Positions 28,615 to 37,586 of a DNA stretch of 55,404 nt are shown here, piece after piece. The stretch is from Minisyncoccota bacterium (GTDB taxonomy: Bacteria; Patescibacteriota; Minisyncoccia; Phycocordibacterales; Phycocordibacteraceae). The DNA is taken from the NCBI GenBank assembly GCA_035533615.1, contig DATLTM010000023.1:1-55404 (forward strand), written 5' to 3'. How positions within the stretch are numbered: the stretch's first letter is position 1; each line of letters begins with the position of its first letter. The position numbers were made by a program, and so were the translations under genes. The notes beneath the pieces are model-generated. The model saw only the letters and a program-made list of their open reading frames with translations, was not told the DNA's origin and made no database searches.

Positions 28615-29886
28615 ATGCGTGAACGATTTATTGTGGTGCTTTCATACCTCTCAAAACCAGTGATCGCGCTCGGTGGTGCCGTCATCCTCGCAGCGACGGC
28701 CATCGGTTTAGCCTGGCAATCGGGCATCGTTGTGCCGTCTGGGCAGTATACGGCAGCGGTCGTCGCTCCGATTACCGGACAGGGTGGCGCAAGTTCGGAT
28801 CTCTCTTTCCAAGTGCCTGGGCAGGTCGTCGCTATACCGGTCACTACCGGACAGAAAGTCTCCGTCGGTACAACGCTCGTTGTACTTGATCAATCCGCAC
28901 TTCTCGCAACTCGCGCCGGAGCGGTCGCAAATCTCGAAGCAGCGCAGGCAAATCTTGCGGCGCTTGAGGCTGGCACGCGTCCTGAGCAACTCGCAATCGA
29001 CCAGACGGCCGTTACGCAAGCGGCCAATGCGCTTATGACAGCCCTCACGGCGGCTTATACGAATGCTGATGATGCCGTGCATGCGAAAGCCGATCAGGTC
29101 TTCATCAATCCGAGAAATGCAACCGCACAGCTCACGATTCTCGTACCTGATGCAGCGCTCGTGACCCGCGTCCAGACCGAGCGCATAGCACTCGAACCGA
29201 TATTCTCCTCGTGGAGCGCTGTACTCGCGTCTGCAGCAACTAATCCCGAGAGCGCCGCGGCCCCGTCCGAGGCGAACATGAAGACGATCACGACATTTCT
29301 CAATGATCTCACGATAGCCCTCGCGGAGGCATTGCCAGGCAACTCTATTTCTACGGCGACGATTACGGGCTATCAGACGAGCGTGAACACTGGACGTCTG
29401 AACATGCTTGCGGCGCTTTCTAATCTCGTTACGGCTGATACTGCATACAAGGCGGCTGTCGGCGCGCTTACGCTCGCACAGGCGGGGGCGACGCAGAATG
29501 ACCTCGACGCGCAAAAAGCGGTTGTCGACGCCGCGCAGGCGGCGCTTCGCGGCGTCGACGTATCTCTGCAAGAATCCACTCTTGTTGCGCCTCTAGCAGG
29601 CACGATTACCGCGATGAATGCCCGCCTCGGCCAGACCGTCGCCCCTGGCCAGATCCTCGTCTCAATTGAATCGTCCGGGGGGAGTAAACCGAGCGCGCTT
29701 GTGGTGCCGACGAGCAGCGTCATTGCAGATGGCAACCAGGCGTTCGTATATGTGAAGCAGGGAGCCGGTGCGCCGGTGGAAACGCCAGTCACGACTGGTC
29801 TTGTGAGTGCAAGTGGCATGACAGAGATTGTTTCAGGACTCGTCGCGGGGCAGGAGGTATTGACTTTTGGCACGGCTGGAAAATAA
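28615..29886 (+). CDS. HlyD-family membrane fusion / periplasmic adaptor protein
   Basis: N-terminal TM helix, biotinyl-lipoyl-like hairpin (VSVGTTLVVLD; APLAGTITAM), a long Ala-rich coiled coil and a beta-barrel C-terminus. Confidence 0.8.
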   Translation: MRERFIVVLSYLSKPVIALGGAVILAATAIGLAWQSGIVVPSGQYTAAVVAPITGQGGASSDLSFQVPGQVVAIPVTTGQKVSVGTTLVVLDQSALLATRAGAVANLEAAQANLAALEAGTRPEQLAIDQTAVTQAANALMTALTAAYTNADDAVHAKADQVFINPRNATAQLTILVPDAALVTRVQTERIALEPIFSSWSAVLASAATNPESAAAPSEANMKTITTFLNDLTIALAEALPGNSISTATITGYQTSVNTGRLNMLAALSNLVTADTAYKAAVGALTLAQAGATQNDLDAQKAVVDAAQAALRGVDVSLQESTLVAPLAGTITAMNARLGQTVAPGQILVSIESSGGSKPSALVVPTSSVIADGNQAFVYVKQGAGAPVETPVTTGLVSASGMTEIVSGLVAGQEVLTFGTAGK

Positions 29887-29889
29887 CCT

Positions 29890-30507
29890 ATGACATCACT
29901 TCGCACACGAATAATCTATATCGGAGGAACCGCACTTCTCATTATCTTGAGTGGTTTGGCGACGGCTTATTTCATCATTACGAGTACTCGCGTATCGGTG
30001 GATATGGCGAGTATTGAGGCACCACTCATCAGCCTCATGCCGTCCGCGCCTGGTCACCTCGGCGCGCTCTACGTGCACACGGGCGATACCGTTGCCGCCA
30101 ATCAGCCGGTGGCACTCGTTGGTACGCAGGTTATTACGAGTCGGGTAGCGGGTCTTATTGTTGCGGTGGATAACGAAGTTGGTGCCGAAGTGGGAGCCGA
30201 TACGGCTGTCGTGACGATGATCGATCCAACGCAGCTGCGTGTTGTTGGGAGTATTGATGAGAACAAAGGTCTTGCACAGATACGTGTCGGTGACCCGGTT
30301 ACCTTCACGGTCGACGCATTCGGTGGGCAGACTTTTACTGGCATCATCGACGAGATTGCGCCGACGTCTAATCAGTCCGGTATCGTTTTTAATATTTCGG
30401 ATCAGCGCCAGGTTCAGCAGTTCGACGTGAAGGCGCGGTTCGATACGAGCGCATACCCCGAGCTCAGGAATGGTATGTCAGCACGCATGGTGATTTACAC
30501 GCGGTAG
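29890..30507 (+). CDS. short HlyD-like adaptor protein (no coiled-coil hairpin)
   Basis: N-terminal TM helix, lipoyl-like motif (GDTVAANQPVALVG...RVAGLIVAV) and a beta-barrel. Confidence 0.65.
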   Translation: MTSLRTRIIYIGGTALLIILSGLATAYFIITSTRVSVDMASIEAPLISLMPSAPGHLGALYVHTGDTVAANQPVALVGTQVITSRVAGLIVAVDNEVGAEVGADTAVVTMIDPTQLRVVGSIDENKGLAQIRVGDPVTFTVDAFGGQTFTGIIDEIAPTSNQSGIVFNISDQRQVQQFDVKARFDTSAYPELRNGMSARMVIYTR

Positions 30508-30518
30508 CGCGCCACGTT

Positions 30519-32048
30519 ATGGCGGGCACTCTGCAGCAAAACGCGGCTCATCGGCTCACGGGACACCCGTGGCTTGTGCTCGCGACCGTGATGGTGGGCA
30601 CGCTTCTCATCGGTCTCGACCGTACTGTTGTAAATCTCGCAATGCCGAAAATCATGGGCGATTTCGGTATTACGGTCAGCACGGCGGCGTGGATTGCGAC
30701 TGCCTACATTATTAGCAATGCCATCTTCGTGCCGGTGTTCGGTAAGCTTGGTGATCTTTTCGGCAATCGCGTCATCTACCTCTGGAGCTTTGTTGGGTTC
30801 ATCGGCGTATCCATGCTCGCTGGTTTTTCGTGGAATTTCAGCTCACTCATAGTTTTTCGTGTTCTGCAGGGGTTGGTTGGTGCAGCTGTCTATCCCACCG
30901 CCATGTCGCTCATCGCTAAGTCATTCGCCAATCCTAAGGCCCGCGCCCAAGCGCTCGGCATCTGGTCGTCGTCTTTCGCGATATCCGCGGTCATCGGACC
31001 CTTGCTCGGCGGCTACCTTGTTGATAATTTCAATTGGCGCTGGATCTTTTTCATCAATATGCCGGTTGGTATCGCAGGACTCATCATGACACTCATCTTC
31101 TTACCGCATGACCGGCCCGGGGAGCGGGGATCTTTCGACTGGTTCGGTGCTGTGCTTCTCTCGGGGGCCATTACGAGCCTCGTACTTGTGGTTGATCAAG
31201 GTCAGAACTGGGGTTGGCTCTCTTTGGCGAGCATGCTCTGCTACTTCGGCACGCTCATATTTGGCATATTCGTTTATATGTGGGAGACGCGCCATATACA
31301 TCCCATTATTGACTTTAAGTTCTTCAGCAATCCGGTCATCGTTTCGGTGCTTGCGGTCTCGTTTATCTCCTTCGGAGGCATGATGGGCGCGATGCTCCTC
31401 TTGCCGGTATTCGCGCAGACATTTCTGCAATATACCGCAACACAGAGTGGGTATATCTTTGTGCCGATGGCGCTCGCGCTCCCGGTTTTCGCGCCTCTGG
31501 GAGCGCGACTCGCGAATTCCTTCCATCCGCGCTATACGGTTTCGTTTGGGATGGCGCTCTCCGCCCTCGGTCTATTCCTCCTCATGAACCTCGATCCGGC
31601 GATGACATCGTATGATTTCATCCTGCCGCTTGTGCTCTTTGGTGCCGGTCTCGGGCTTGGTATGGCACCCCTTACGAGTGCAGCGACAACGGCTGTTCCG
31701 CTCCACGAAGTCGGCATGTCATCCGGGCTCCTGAACCTCACGCGGAACATTGGTGGGGCATTCGGTATTGCCGTGTTCAGCACCATCCTCGCCAGTGCCA
31801 CCAATGCAAACGTGCTTATGGTAGCGCAGAACTCGCACATACTCGGTTCATCCCCAACAATCCTCGCCGAAGGAGCCCAACTCATTATCATGAAAGCGGA
31901 ACTTCTTTCTTACAGCACGGTCTTCGGTTACGCGGCCGCATCAATGCTTCTCGGCGCGCTCATTGCTCTCTTTTTCTTAAAGACGACGACCGCTGGCGGG
32001 GAAGATATCCCACCGGAGATACTAGCGGAAGCTGCAGCGGGTGGATAA
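30519..32048 (+). CDS. MFS drug:H+ antiporter, DHA2 (EmrB/QacA, 14-TM) family
   Basis: Contains LDRTVVNLAMPKI and GKLGDLFGNR motifs and ~14 hydrophobic segments. Confidence 0.9.
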   Translation: MAGTLQQNAAHRLTGHPWLVLATVMVGTLLIGLDRTVVNLAMPKIMGDFGITVSTAAWIATAYIISNAIFVPVFGKLGDLFGNRVIYLWSFVGFIGVSMLAGFSWNFSSLIVFRVLQGLVGAAVYPTAMSLIAKSFANPKARAQALGIWSSSFAISAVIGPLLGGYLVDNFNWRWIFFINMPVGIAGLIMTLIFLPHDRPGERGSFDWFGAVLLSGAITSLVLVVDQGQNWGWLSLASMLCYFGTLIFGIFVYMWETRHIHPIIDFKFFSNPVIVSVLAVSFISFGGMMGAMLLLPVFAQTFLQYTATQSGYIFVPMALALPVFAPLGARLANSFHPRYTVSFGMALSALGLFLLMNLDPAMTSYDFILPLVLFGAGLGLGMAPLTSAATTAVPLHEVGMSSGLLNLTRNIGGAFGIAVFSTILASATNANVLMVAQNSHILGSSPTILAEGAQLIIMKAELLSYSTVFGYAAASMLLGALIALFFLKTTTAGGEDIPPEILAEAAAGG

Positions 32049-32055
32049 TACATCT

Positions 32056-32517
32056 ATGACGAAACTTCTTCATACAAAACGAACACCGCACACTTCGCAC
32101 AATATCACTCACGCAATATCGCTCTTCTTCGCCGTACGCGGAATCATGCGCACAAGAATTGCCAGCGGGAAGAAAGTTGATCCCTTAACATGGCTGCGTA
32201 TCGAAACGATGAAATTCATCAGTGACCACAGAGAGCCGATGATGAAAGAAATTGCCGACCACCTTTCGATCACCGCTCCGTCGGCGACATCACTCATCCG
32301 TGGGTTGATGAAAAGCGGGCTGGTCGCACACGCAGTGGATCGTCGGGATAAGCGGACTGCGCGGCTCCGACTCACCGCCAAAGGAGTTATCGAGCTCAAA
32401 GAATCAGTAGCGCGCGGTACTAAACTCCTGAAAGGGCTATTCACTGTCTTGTCAAGACAGGAGCTTGCAGCGTTCATCACCGCGCTTGAGCGCATCAAAG
32501 AGAAAGCGGACGAATAA
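32056..32517 (+). CDS. MarR-family transcriptional regulator
   Basis: Winged HTH MKEIADHLSITAPSATSLIRGLMKSGLVAHAVDRRDKRTARLRLTAKG. It is the last gene of the efflux operon. Confidence 0.8.
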   Translation: MTKLLHTKRTPHTSHNITHAISLFFAVRGIMRTRIASGKKVDPLTWLRIETMKFISDHREPMMKEIADHLSITAPSATSLIRGLMKSGLVAHAVDRRDKRTARLRLTAKGVIELKESVARGTKLLKGLFTVLSRQELAAFITALERIKEKADE

Positions 32518-32529
32518 AATAAGGAGAAC

Positions 32530-34047
32530 TTACGCGAATCCAGGGAAGTAGTCGGTCTCGATGCGGGAGCGGGAGACCCCCATACCCCGCAGGGTCTTTT
32601 TGAATGACTCGACCATTCCGTGCGGGCCGGAGATGTAGAACGTGCGTTCTCGATAATCTGGGACTTCTCGTTCAATGAGTGCCTCGTCAATCATTCCCGT
32701 GTACGTTCCTGGAATTCTGGCTGATTCATTGGTGATCGCATATACAGTTTTCATGCCAATCGTTCGCCGCGCCGTATCAAAAATGTCTTTATAGGCGATT
32801 TCGGACGCAGTTTTGTTTGCATACAGGAGCGTGACAGGACGCCTGTCTTTAGTGTTGATAAGCTGCTGCACCATACTGCGGAAGGGCGTAATGCCGATTC
32901 CGCCGGCGATGAATACGAGCTTCTTCGTTTTATTTTTCGGCAGGACGAAGTCTCCCGCGAGATGCGAGACAGAAAGCGTATCATTCACTTGCATCGCGTT
33001 GAGCGCGCGTTTGAAACTGCTTTGCGATTCGTAGAATTTCGCACCGATGCGGATCATCCCGTCGGCTTCTGTTGGCGAGGATGCAATAGTGAAGAAACGG
33101 CGATTGCCGCGACTATCGGCGGGGCGATGCGGGAGTGTCCACTCAAGATATTGTCCCGCACGAAACAGAAACGGACGATCCGGCGCGAATACGAACTCAT
33201 AAGTACCGTTCGCGAGTCTATTCTTCGCAATGAGTGTAAGCACGAAACGCCCCTGTGGGCTGACGACCGAGGCATAGAGATTACCGATAAGCAACGCGAG
33301 CTCCGGCGTAAAATAGAAAGAGCCGATATGGATATTCGGCGCGAAAAGGAAGCCGACAATCGCACCGTAGATGAGTCGCAAGGAGCGGCTGGGCGGCATC
33401 GTAAGCGGTTCAGTAAGCATCACAAGCCCGAGGAAGAAGAACGGAGAATGCAGAAGAGTTTGAACGACCGCTGTCGGTCCGTTTCCGTTCGCTGTTGCAA
33501 CAATCGTGAAGAGTGTGACGACTGCAAATGCAAGCACTAGGTCGAAGCGGCGGATCTTGCGTACGATGAGCAGCCCGCCGAGGAACACGAACGGCAGGAG
33601 CGAGAGATTCCCGCCGACCCACCAGGATGCCGACTGATTGAGGATGAGCGCTGAGAGCGCAACGCCGAACGCCGCCGGGTTGAAAATATGCTTCTTACCG
33701 ATGGCGAAGATATATTTTGACGCCATTGCCCAGGCCGATGCGAAGATGAGGAAACCGATACCCACGTAATTCACGAGTGCCACCGGTGTAATGATGAGCG
33801 CGAGGATAAGGCCGGTGATGTATACCGACTCCACATTTGTTGCTGCCCCGAAGCTTTTCGCGAATATTGTGTTGGTTGCCCAGCACGTCGTGAGGATAAT
33901 CAGTGTCGAGAAAGCGAGATCTGCGGGATGGTAAGGAAGAATGCCGAAGAGACTGAAGAGTGCCGCCAGGCCAAGCAGGACGAGAAGGTAGTACAGCACG
34001 AGGCGGTACATCGTGATTGTATTGAGGAAGTCGTCAACGAAAGCCAT
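32530..34047 (-). CDS. fusion protein: N-terminal RnfD/NqrB-like polytopic membrane domain plus C-terminal FNR-like FAD/NAD(P)-binding reductase domain
   Basis: N-terminal part has KHIFNPAAFG and MLTEPLT motifs. C-terminal part has RFFTIASSP (FAD) and LVFIAGGIGITPFRSM (NAD(P)). Confidence 0.75.
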   Translation of the reverse strand: MAFVDDFLNTITMYRLVLYYLLVLLGLAALFSLFGILPYHPADLAFSTLIILTTCWATNTIFAKSFGAATNVESVYITGLILALIITPVALVNYVGIGFLIFASAWAMASKYIFAIGKKHIFNPAAFGVALSALILNQSASWWVGGNLSLLPFVFLGGLLIVRKIRRFDLVLAFAVVTLFTIVATANGNGPTAVVQTLLHSPFFFLGLVMLTEPLTMPPSRSLRLIYGAIVGFLFAPNIHIGSFYFTPELALLIGNLYASVVSPQGRFVLTLIAKNRLANGTYEFVFAPDRPFLFRAGQYLEWTLPHRPADSRGNRRFFTIASSPTEADGMIRIGAKFYESQSSFKRALNAMQVNDTLSVSHLAGDFVLPKNKTKKLVFIAGGIGITPFRSMVQQLINTKDRRPVTLLYANKTASEIAYKDIFDTARRTIGMKTVYAITNESARIPGTYTGMIDEALIEREVPDYRERTFYISGPHGMVESFKKTLRGMGVSRSRIETDYFPGFA

Positions 34048-34758
34048 TTAGTTCTTCGCCTGTGCAAGTGCCGACGCGAGTGATTGTACGAAAGCCATGC
34101 TCGTTTCGGTCGCACCCGAAACACCGCTTACGTTTGCGCTCTGGGCCTGTATGGCTTCTTGGGTAAGCATTGGCATTGCCTGACTGTTGACGTATTGCGA
34201 GTAACTGTGTTCGTTCGGGTATTGCAGGAATTGTACATCGGAGAGCTTGCCGTTCGTCACTATGGCCTGCACCTGGACGGTGCCATAATAAGCGTCCGCA
34301 GAATCACCGGTATACGAGCCGTCGACATATTGGCCGGACGGTTTTTGTGGCACGGGAACTGGAGCCGGCGCCGGAGTATTCACTTTTGTCTTTGGAGGCT
34401 GAGAAGGAGTTGTTTTTGTTGGTAATGGCGTCACCGGAGGAACTGTCGTTGTCTGTGATGATACTGCCGGAGTTGTCATTGCGAATGACTGCGAGCTACC
34501 GATGTTTTGCCACACGGCGTAAATGACGGAAACGGCAATGAGCGCGAAGGAGAGGGCAAATTTTCTGCCGGCAATTGCGTTCGGCGCAGCTGGAACGGAG
34601 GAGATCTTCGGCGATACGGTTGTTGCAGCGCGATCGAACGCCTCATTGATGTCCTGTTCGCTCCATTCATTTAGAAGAAGTGACCGGCGTATTGTCTCAT
34701 GCGGCGTGCCAGCAGCCGATTGCTCGCGGATATAGGCGATTAATTGGGGGGTGGTCAT
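34048..34758 (-). CDS. membrane-anchored extracytoplasmic FMN_bind-domain protein (ApbE flavinylation substrate motif)
   Basis: Single TM helix, P/T-rich linker and YVDGSYTG...VSGVSGATETS motif. Its stop abuts the downstream start. Confidence 0.8.
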   Translation of the reverse strand: MTTPQLIAYIREQSAAGTPHETIRRSLLLNEWSEQDINEAFDRAATTVSPKISSVPAAPNAIAGRKFALSFALIAVSVIYAVWQNIGSSQSFAMTTPAVSSQTTTVPPVTPLPTKTTPSQPPKTKVNTPAPAPVPVPQKPSGQYVDGSYTGDSADAYYGTVQVQAIVTNGKLSDVQFLQYPNEHSYSQYVNSQAMPMLTQEAIQAQSANVSGVSGATETSMAFVQSLASALAQAKN

Positions 34759-34805
34759 GCAGAAGGTAGGTACTATATAGATACACGGGAGGCGCGGCAA
34801 TTATT

Positions 34806-35516
34806 TCATTCACCGTTCGGCACGATATGGACGCCGTATGCATAGACGATTCCTTGCGTCAGGCGGCCCGCAGCATACACTTTGTCGCCAATAGAAAGCG
34901 TCGCAAGGTCGAATCCGACCGGCGGAGTGATAGTCCAGGATCCCTCATCAGTATCGCGGTCGGCATCGTTATGGGAAATAACGAATATTGGTCCGGTGAT
35001 AGACGTGACATAGCCGCGGTAGACACCCTGGTCTGTATGTGAGTCGTATATCCCTTCGTAGAAGGATCCGAGGACTGGCAGTCGATCGTTATCGGCTTCA
35101 GAGAGGAGGTAGGCATGAAGCGGTGTAACACTGACAAGTACGCTGCCGATGACCCCTATGCCCAGTATCAGGAGGAAGACGCGCACAAGCGGGAATCGAT
35201 ACGCTGTTGTATAGCGTCGTACCAGAAATTCAAGGGCGATAAGCAATATCACAAACAAAAACAGAGACGTCCACGGGAAGAGCACGATGAACGTCACGAG
35301 ACCTTGCTCGCCGAACTCAAGAAGGAATTGCACACCACTTTTGTGAATGCTGAAAAATGCGAAGCTAAGTACAAAAAGAGCTCCAACGACCGCGAGCAGG
35401 GAAATAGCGCCGATCAGAACGGCGCGGAATACGAAAAAGATCCAGGAATGCATGGAAACGGTCCCAATACGGATTTTCTCGAGCACACTCTTTTGAATGT
35501 CATTCTCCTGCAACAT
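34806..35516 (-). CDS. polytopic membrane protein, possible anti-sigma factor partner
   Basis: It overlaps the 3' end of the ECF sigma gene by 17 nt. It has 4-5 TM segments and no recognised motif. Confidence 0.5.
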   Translation of the reverse strand: MLQENDIQKSVLEKIRIGTVSMHSWIFFVFRAVLIGAISLLAVVGALFVLSFAFFSIHKSGVQFLLEFGEQGLVTFIVLFPWTSLFLFVILLIALEFLVRRYTTAYRFPLVRVFLLILGIGVIGSVLVSVTPLHAYLLSEADNDRLPVLGSFYEGIYDSHTDQGVYRGYVTSITGPIFVISHNDADRDTDEGSWTITPPVGFDLATLSIGDKVYAAGRLTQGIVYAYGVHIVPNGE

Positions 35517-36060
35517 ATTTTTTTATCGCTTCGCGCGCGCGGCGGAGGCGGATGCCGACCGTTCCGACCGGGACATGGAGGACGTCTGCGATTTCTTGGT
35601 ATCCCAGCTGCTCAAGATAGTACAGCACGACTACTTCGCGGTAGATGGGAGGGAGTGCGTTAAGTCCGCGATCGACAAGCGCGCGCATGTGCTCCCGCTC
35701 TTCATCTTCCGCGGGGTCTCTCTCATATGCGGCATGCGCCGAGAATAAGTCGAGGTCGACCGTGATAAGCGGATGGCGGCTATTGTGTCGAAGCGTATTT
35801 ACAAACATATTGTGTGCGATGCGGTATATCCAGGGCGAAAAAGGCCTCGCAGCATCATAGCCCAGAATGTTCTGATAAGTTTTTATGAACACCTCCTGTA
35901 CGACGTCTTCGATAGGGGCGTTGTCAGACAAGAATTTTCTGCCGTAGCGGAGCAGTTTGGGCTGGTATCTACTCATGAGTACACCGAAGGCGGCTTCATT
36001 CTTTCCCTGTACGAGCGCCGCAAGTTCTTCGTCAGTCTTCTGATTGAGCATCTCGTTCAT
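35500..36060 (-). CDS. ECF-type RNA polymerase sigma-70 family factor
   Basis: Region 2 (DVVQEVFIKTYQN...FSPWIYRIAHN) and region 4 (LPPIYREVVVLYYLEQLGYQEIADVLHVPVGTVGIRLRRA). The start is taken at MNEMLNQ. Confidence 0.85.
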   Translation of the reverse strand: MNEMLNQKTDEELAALVQGKNEAAFGVLMSRYQPKLLRYGRKFLSDNAPIEDVVQEVFIKTYQNILGYDAARPFSPWIYRIAHNMFVNTLRHNSRHPLITVDLDLFSAHAAYERDPAEDEEREHMRALVDRGLNALPPIYREVVVLYYLEQLGYQEIADVLHVPVGTVGIRLRRAREAIKKYVAGE

Positions 36061-36067
36061 TTGTCTC

Positions 36068-36073
36068 AGTATA
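36068..36073 (-). promoter_or_regulatory. putative -10 hexamer TATACT (minus strand), 7 nt before the sigma-factor ATG
   Basis: The minus strand reads GGGTATACTGAGACAAATG. Confidence 0.35.
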
Positions 36074-36170
36074 CCCAAGCACTAAGAGTTTAGCTCTGGG
36101 TATATCGCGTCGGTTGAAATATCTACCATTTACTGGTGTACTACTGGTAGTTACTAACCAAGAGGATTGC

Positions 36171-37538
36171 ATGGATAAACCTAACCACCACGAACATCCG
36201 GAACTTTGGTTTCGGCCGAGTCCGGCCATGCCTCTCCCCGCTCTTTTATCGCTCATTGAAAAAGAAGAAATAACAGAGACGTTGCGCCTTGGAAGGCGCG
36301 ATGGGGCGCATCAGAAGGGATATATTCCCGGCACCGTAGCGACGCTGCGTCTGTTCGATGCTGATTGGCAGGAACGGTTACACAAGCGAATACGTGTCAC
36401 CAACGTCGTAAGCAAATCACTTCACGAGTTTCCAAATTGGCAGTCAGTGCAACAGGAACTTTCTTTTTTTGAGAATCGGCCAATTGCACTGGACGAAATA
36501 GTTAGCATCGTTGAATTCTCGTTTCCTGGGAAAGAAAGGAGAGGCATAATGAATATCCTGGATCAACTCAACCGAATAGCAGAGAATAATATTCCGGATC
36601 TATCGGGGCCGTTTTCAGTTATCATCGGAGAACATCCTTCGGCATATGCGGTGAGTCCGCGGATGTGGAACAAGGAAATCGAGCTTCGCGGAGTAGAAGG
36701 TCATTTCTTTCCCATCGATATTCCGTTCGAACGGAAGGACGATCTTACAGTGCTACTTAACGTAGCATTCGCCGCCGGCCCTGAATACTTCCGGGTGCTT
36801 ACCATCACCAATCCGTACAAGATTCACGCTCTGGAGTACTTCCGTGCGCAAGCGAAGAAGTTTCCCGGCCGGGTGGTGATTTCTGCGGATGCGGAGCGTA
36901 TCGGAGCGACCAACCAGATACTGATTGGCCCCGACAGCATCTTCAACGTCATTAATTCTGACGGACAGGGGATGGTGAACGCGATACAAACCTATTTCGT
37001 CGAAATGGGAGGGAAAAATCTCGCAGACAAAAGAATCGGGATTATCGGCGCAGGAGGAGCCGCACGTGGCATTATCTACGAACTGATGAAACTGACCGGC
37101 ACCGGGAAGGGGAGTATCGCACTCTTTAACCGTACGGTGGAGAAAGCGGAGGCGCTCATACTTGAATTCAAGCGGTTCTTCTCCGGAGCGAAGATAACCG
37201 TGCACCCGCTCGCTGACCTCCCTAGGTTAGCGACGGGTCATGATGTCCTCGTCTCTTCCATTACGGATGGCGATCCGTTGTTTGAGCACAATGTGTACAG
37301 GACGCTCATACCGGGAACACTCATCGTGGATGCAAACTATGGCGAGAAGTCAGTGCTAGAAAAGCATGCGGATACGCAGGCATCTGACAAGGATCTCGCG
37401 GTCCGCGACGGAAGCGGCATGGTCGTAGAAGGGTACATCATTCCTTCCCAGGCGCTCGCGAAGCTTTGGGGGTATGAGGTTCCTTTTACGGTGTATGAAG
37501 AAATCGGCGCGCTGTTTAACTACAAGCCGAGGAAATAA
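36171..37538 (+). CDS. shikimate/quinate dehydrogenase-family (AroE-like) protein with a ~140-aa N-terminal extension
   Basis: AroE-type motifs AYAVSPRMWN, LTITNPYK, GATNQI and NSDGQG, plus Rossmann IGIIGAGGAARG. The N-terminal domain is unassigned. Confidence 0.7.
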   Translation: MDKPNHHEHPELWFRPSPAMPLPALLSLIEKEEITETLRLGRRDGAHQKGYIPGTVATLRLFDADWQERLHKRIRVTNVVSKSLHEFPNWQSVQQELSFFENRPIALDEIVSIVEFSFPGKERRGIMNILDQLNRIAENNIPDLSGPFSVIIGEHPSAYAVSPRMWNKEIELRGVEGHFFPIDIPFERKDDLTVLLNVAFAAGPEYFRVLTITNPYKIHALEYFRAQAKKFPGRVVISADAERIGATNQILIGPDSIFNVINSDGQGMVNAIQTYFVEMGGKNLADKRIGIIGAGGAARGIIYELMKLTGTGKGSIALFNRTVEKAEALILEFKRFFSGAKITVHPLADLPRLATGHDVLVSSITDGDPLFEHNVYRTLIPGTLIVDANYGEKSVLEKHADTQASDKDLAVRDGSGMVVEGYIIPSQALAKLWGYEVPFTVYEEIGALFNYKPRK

Positions 37539-37586
37539 TCATGCATCCGAACCCACCGGGTCGAGCTCTGCTCGACCTTTTTCTTT

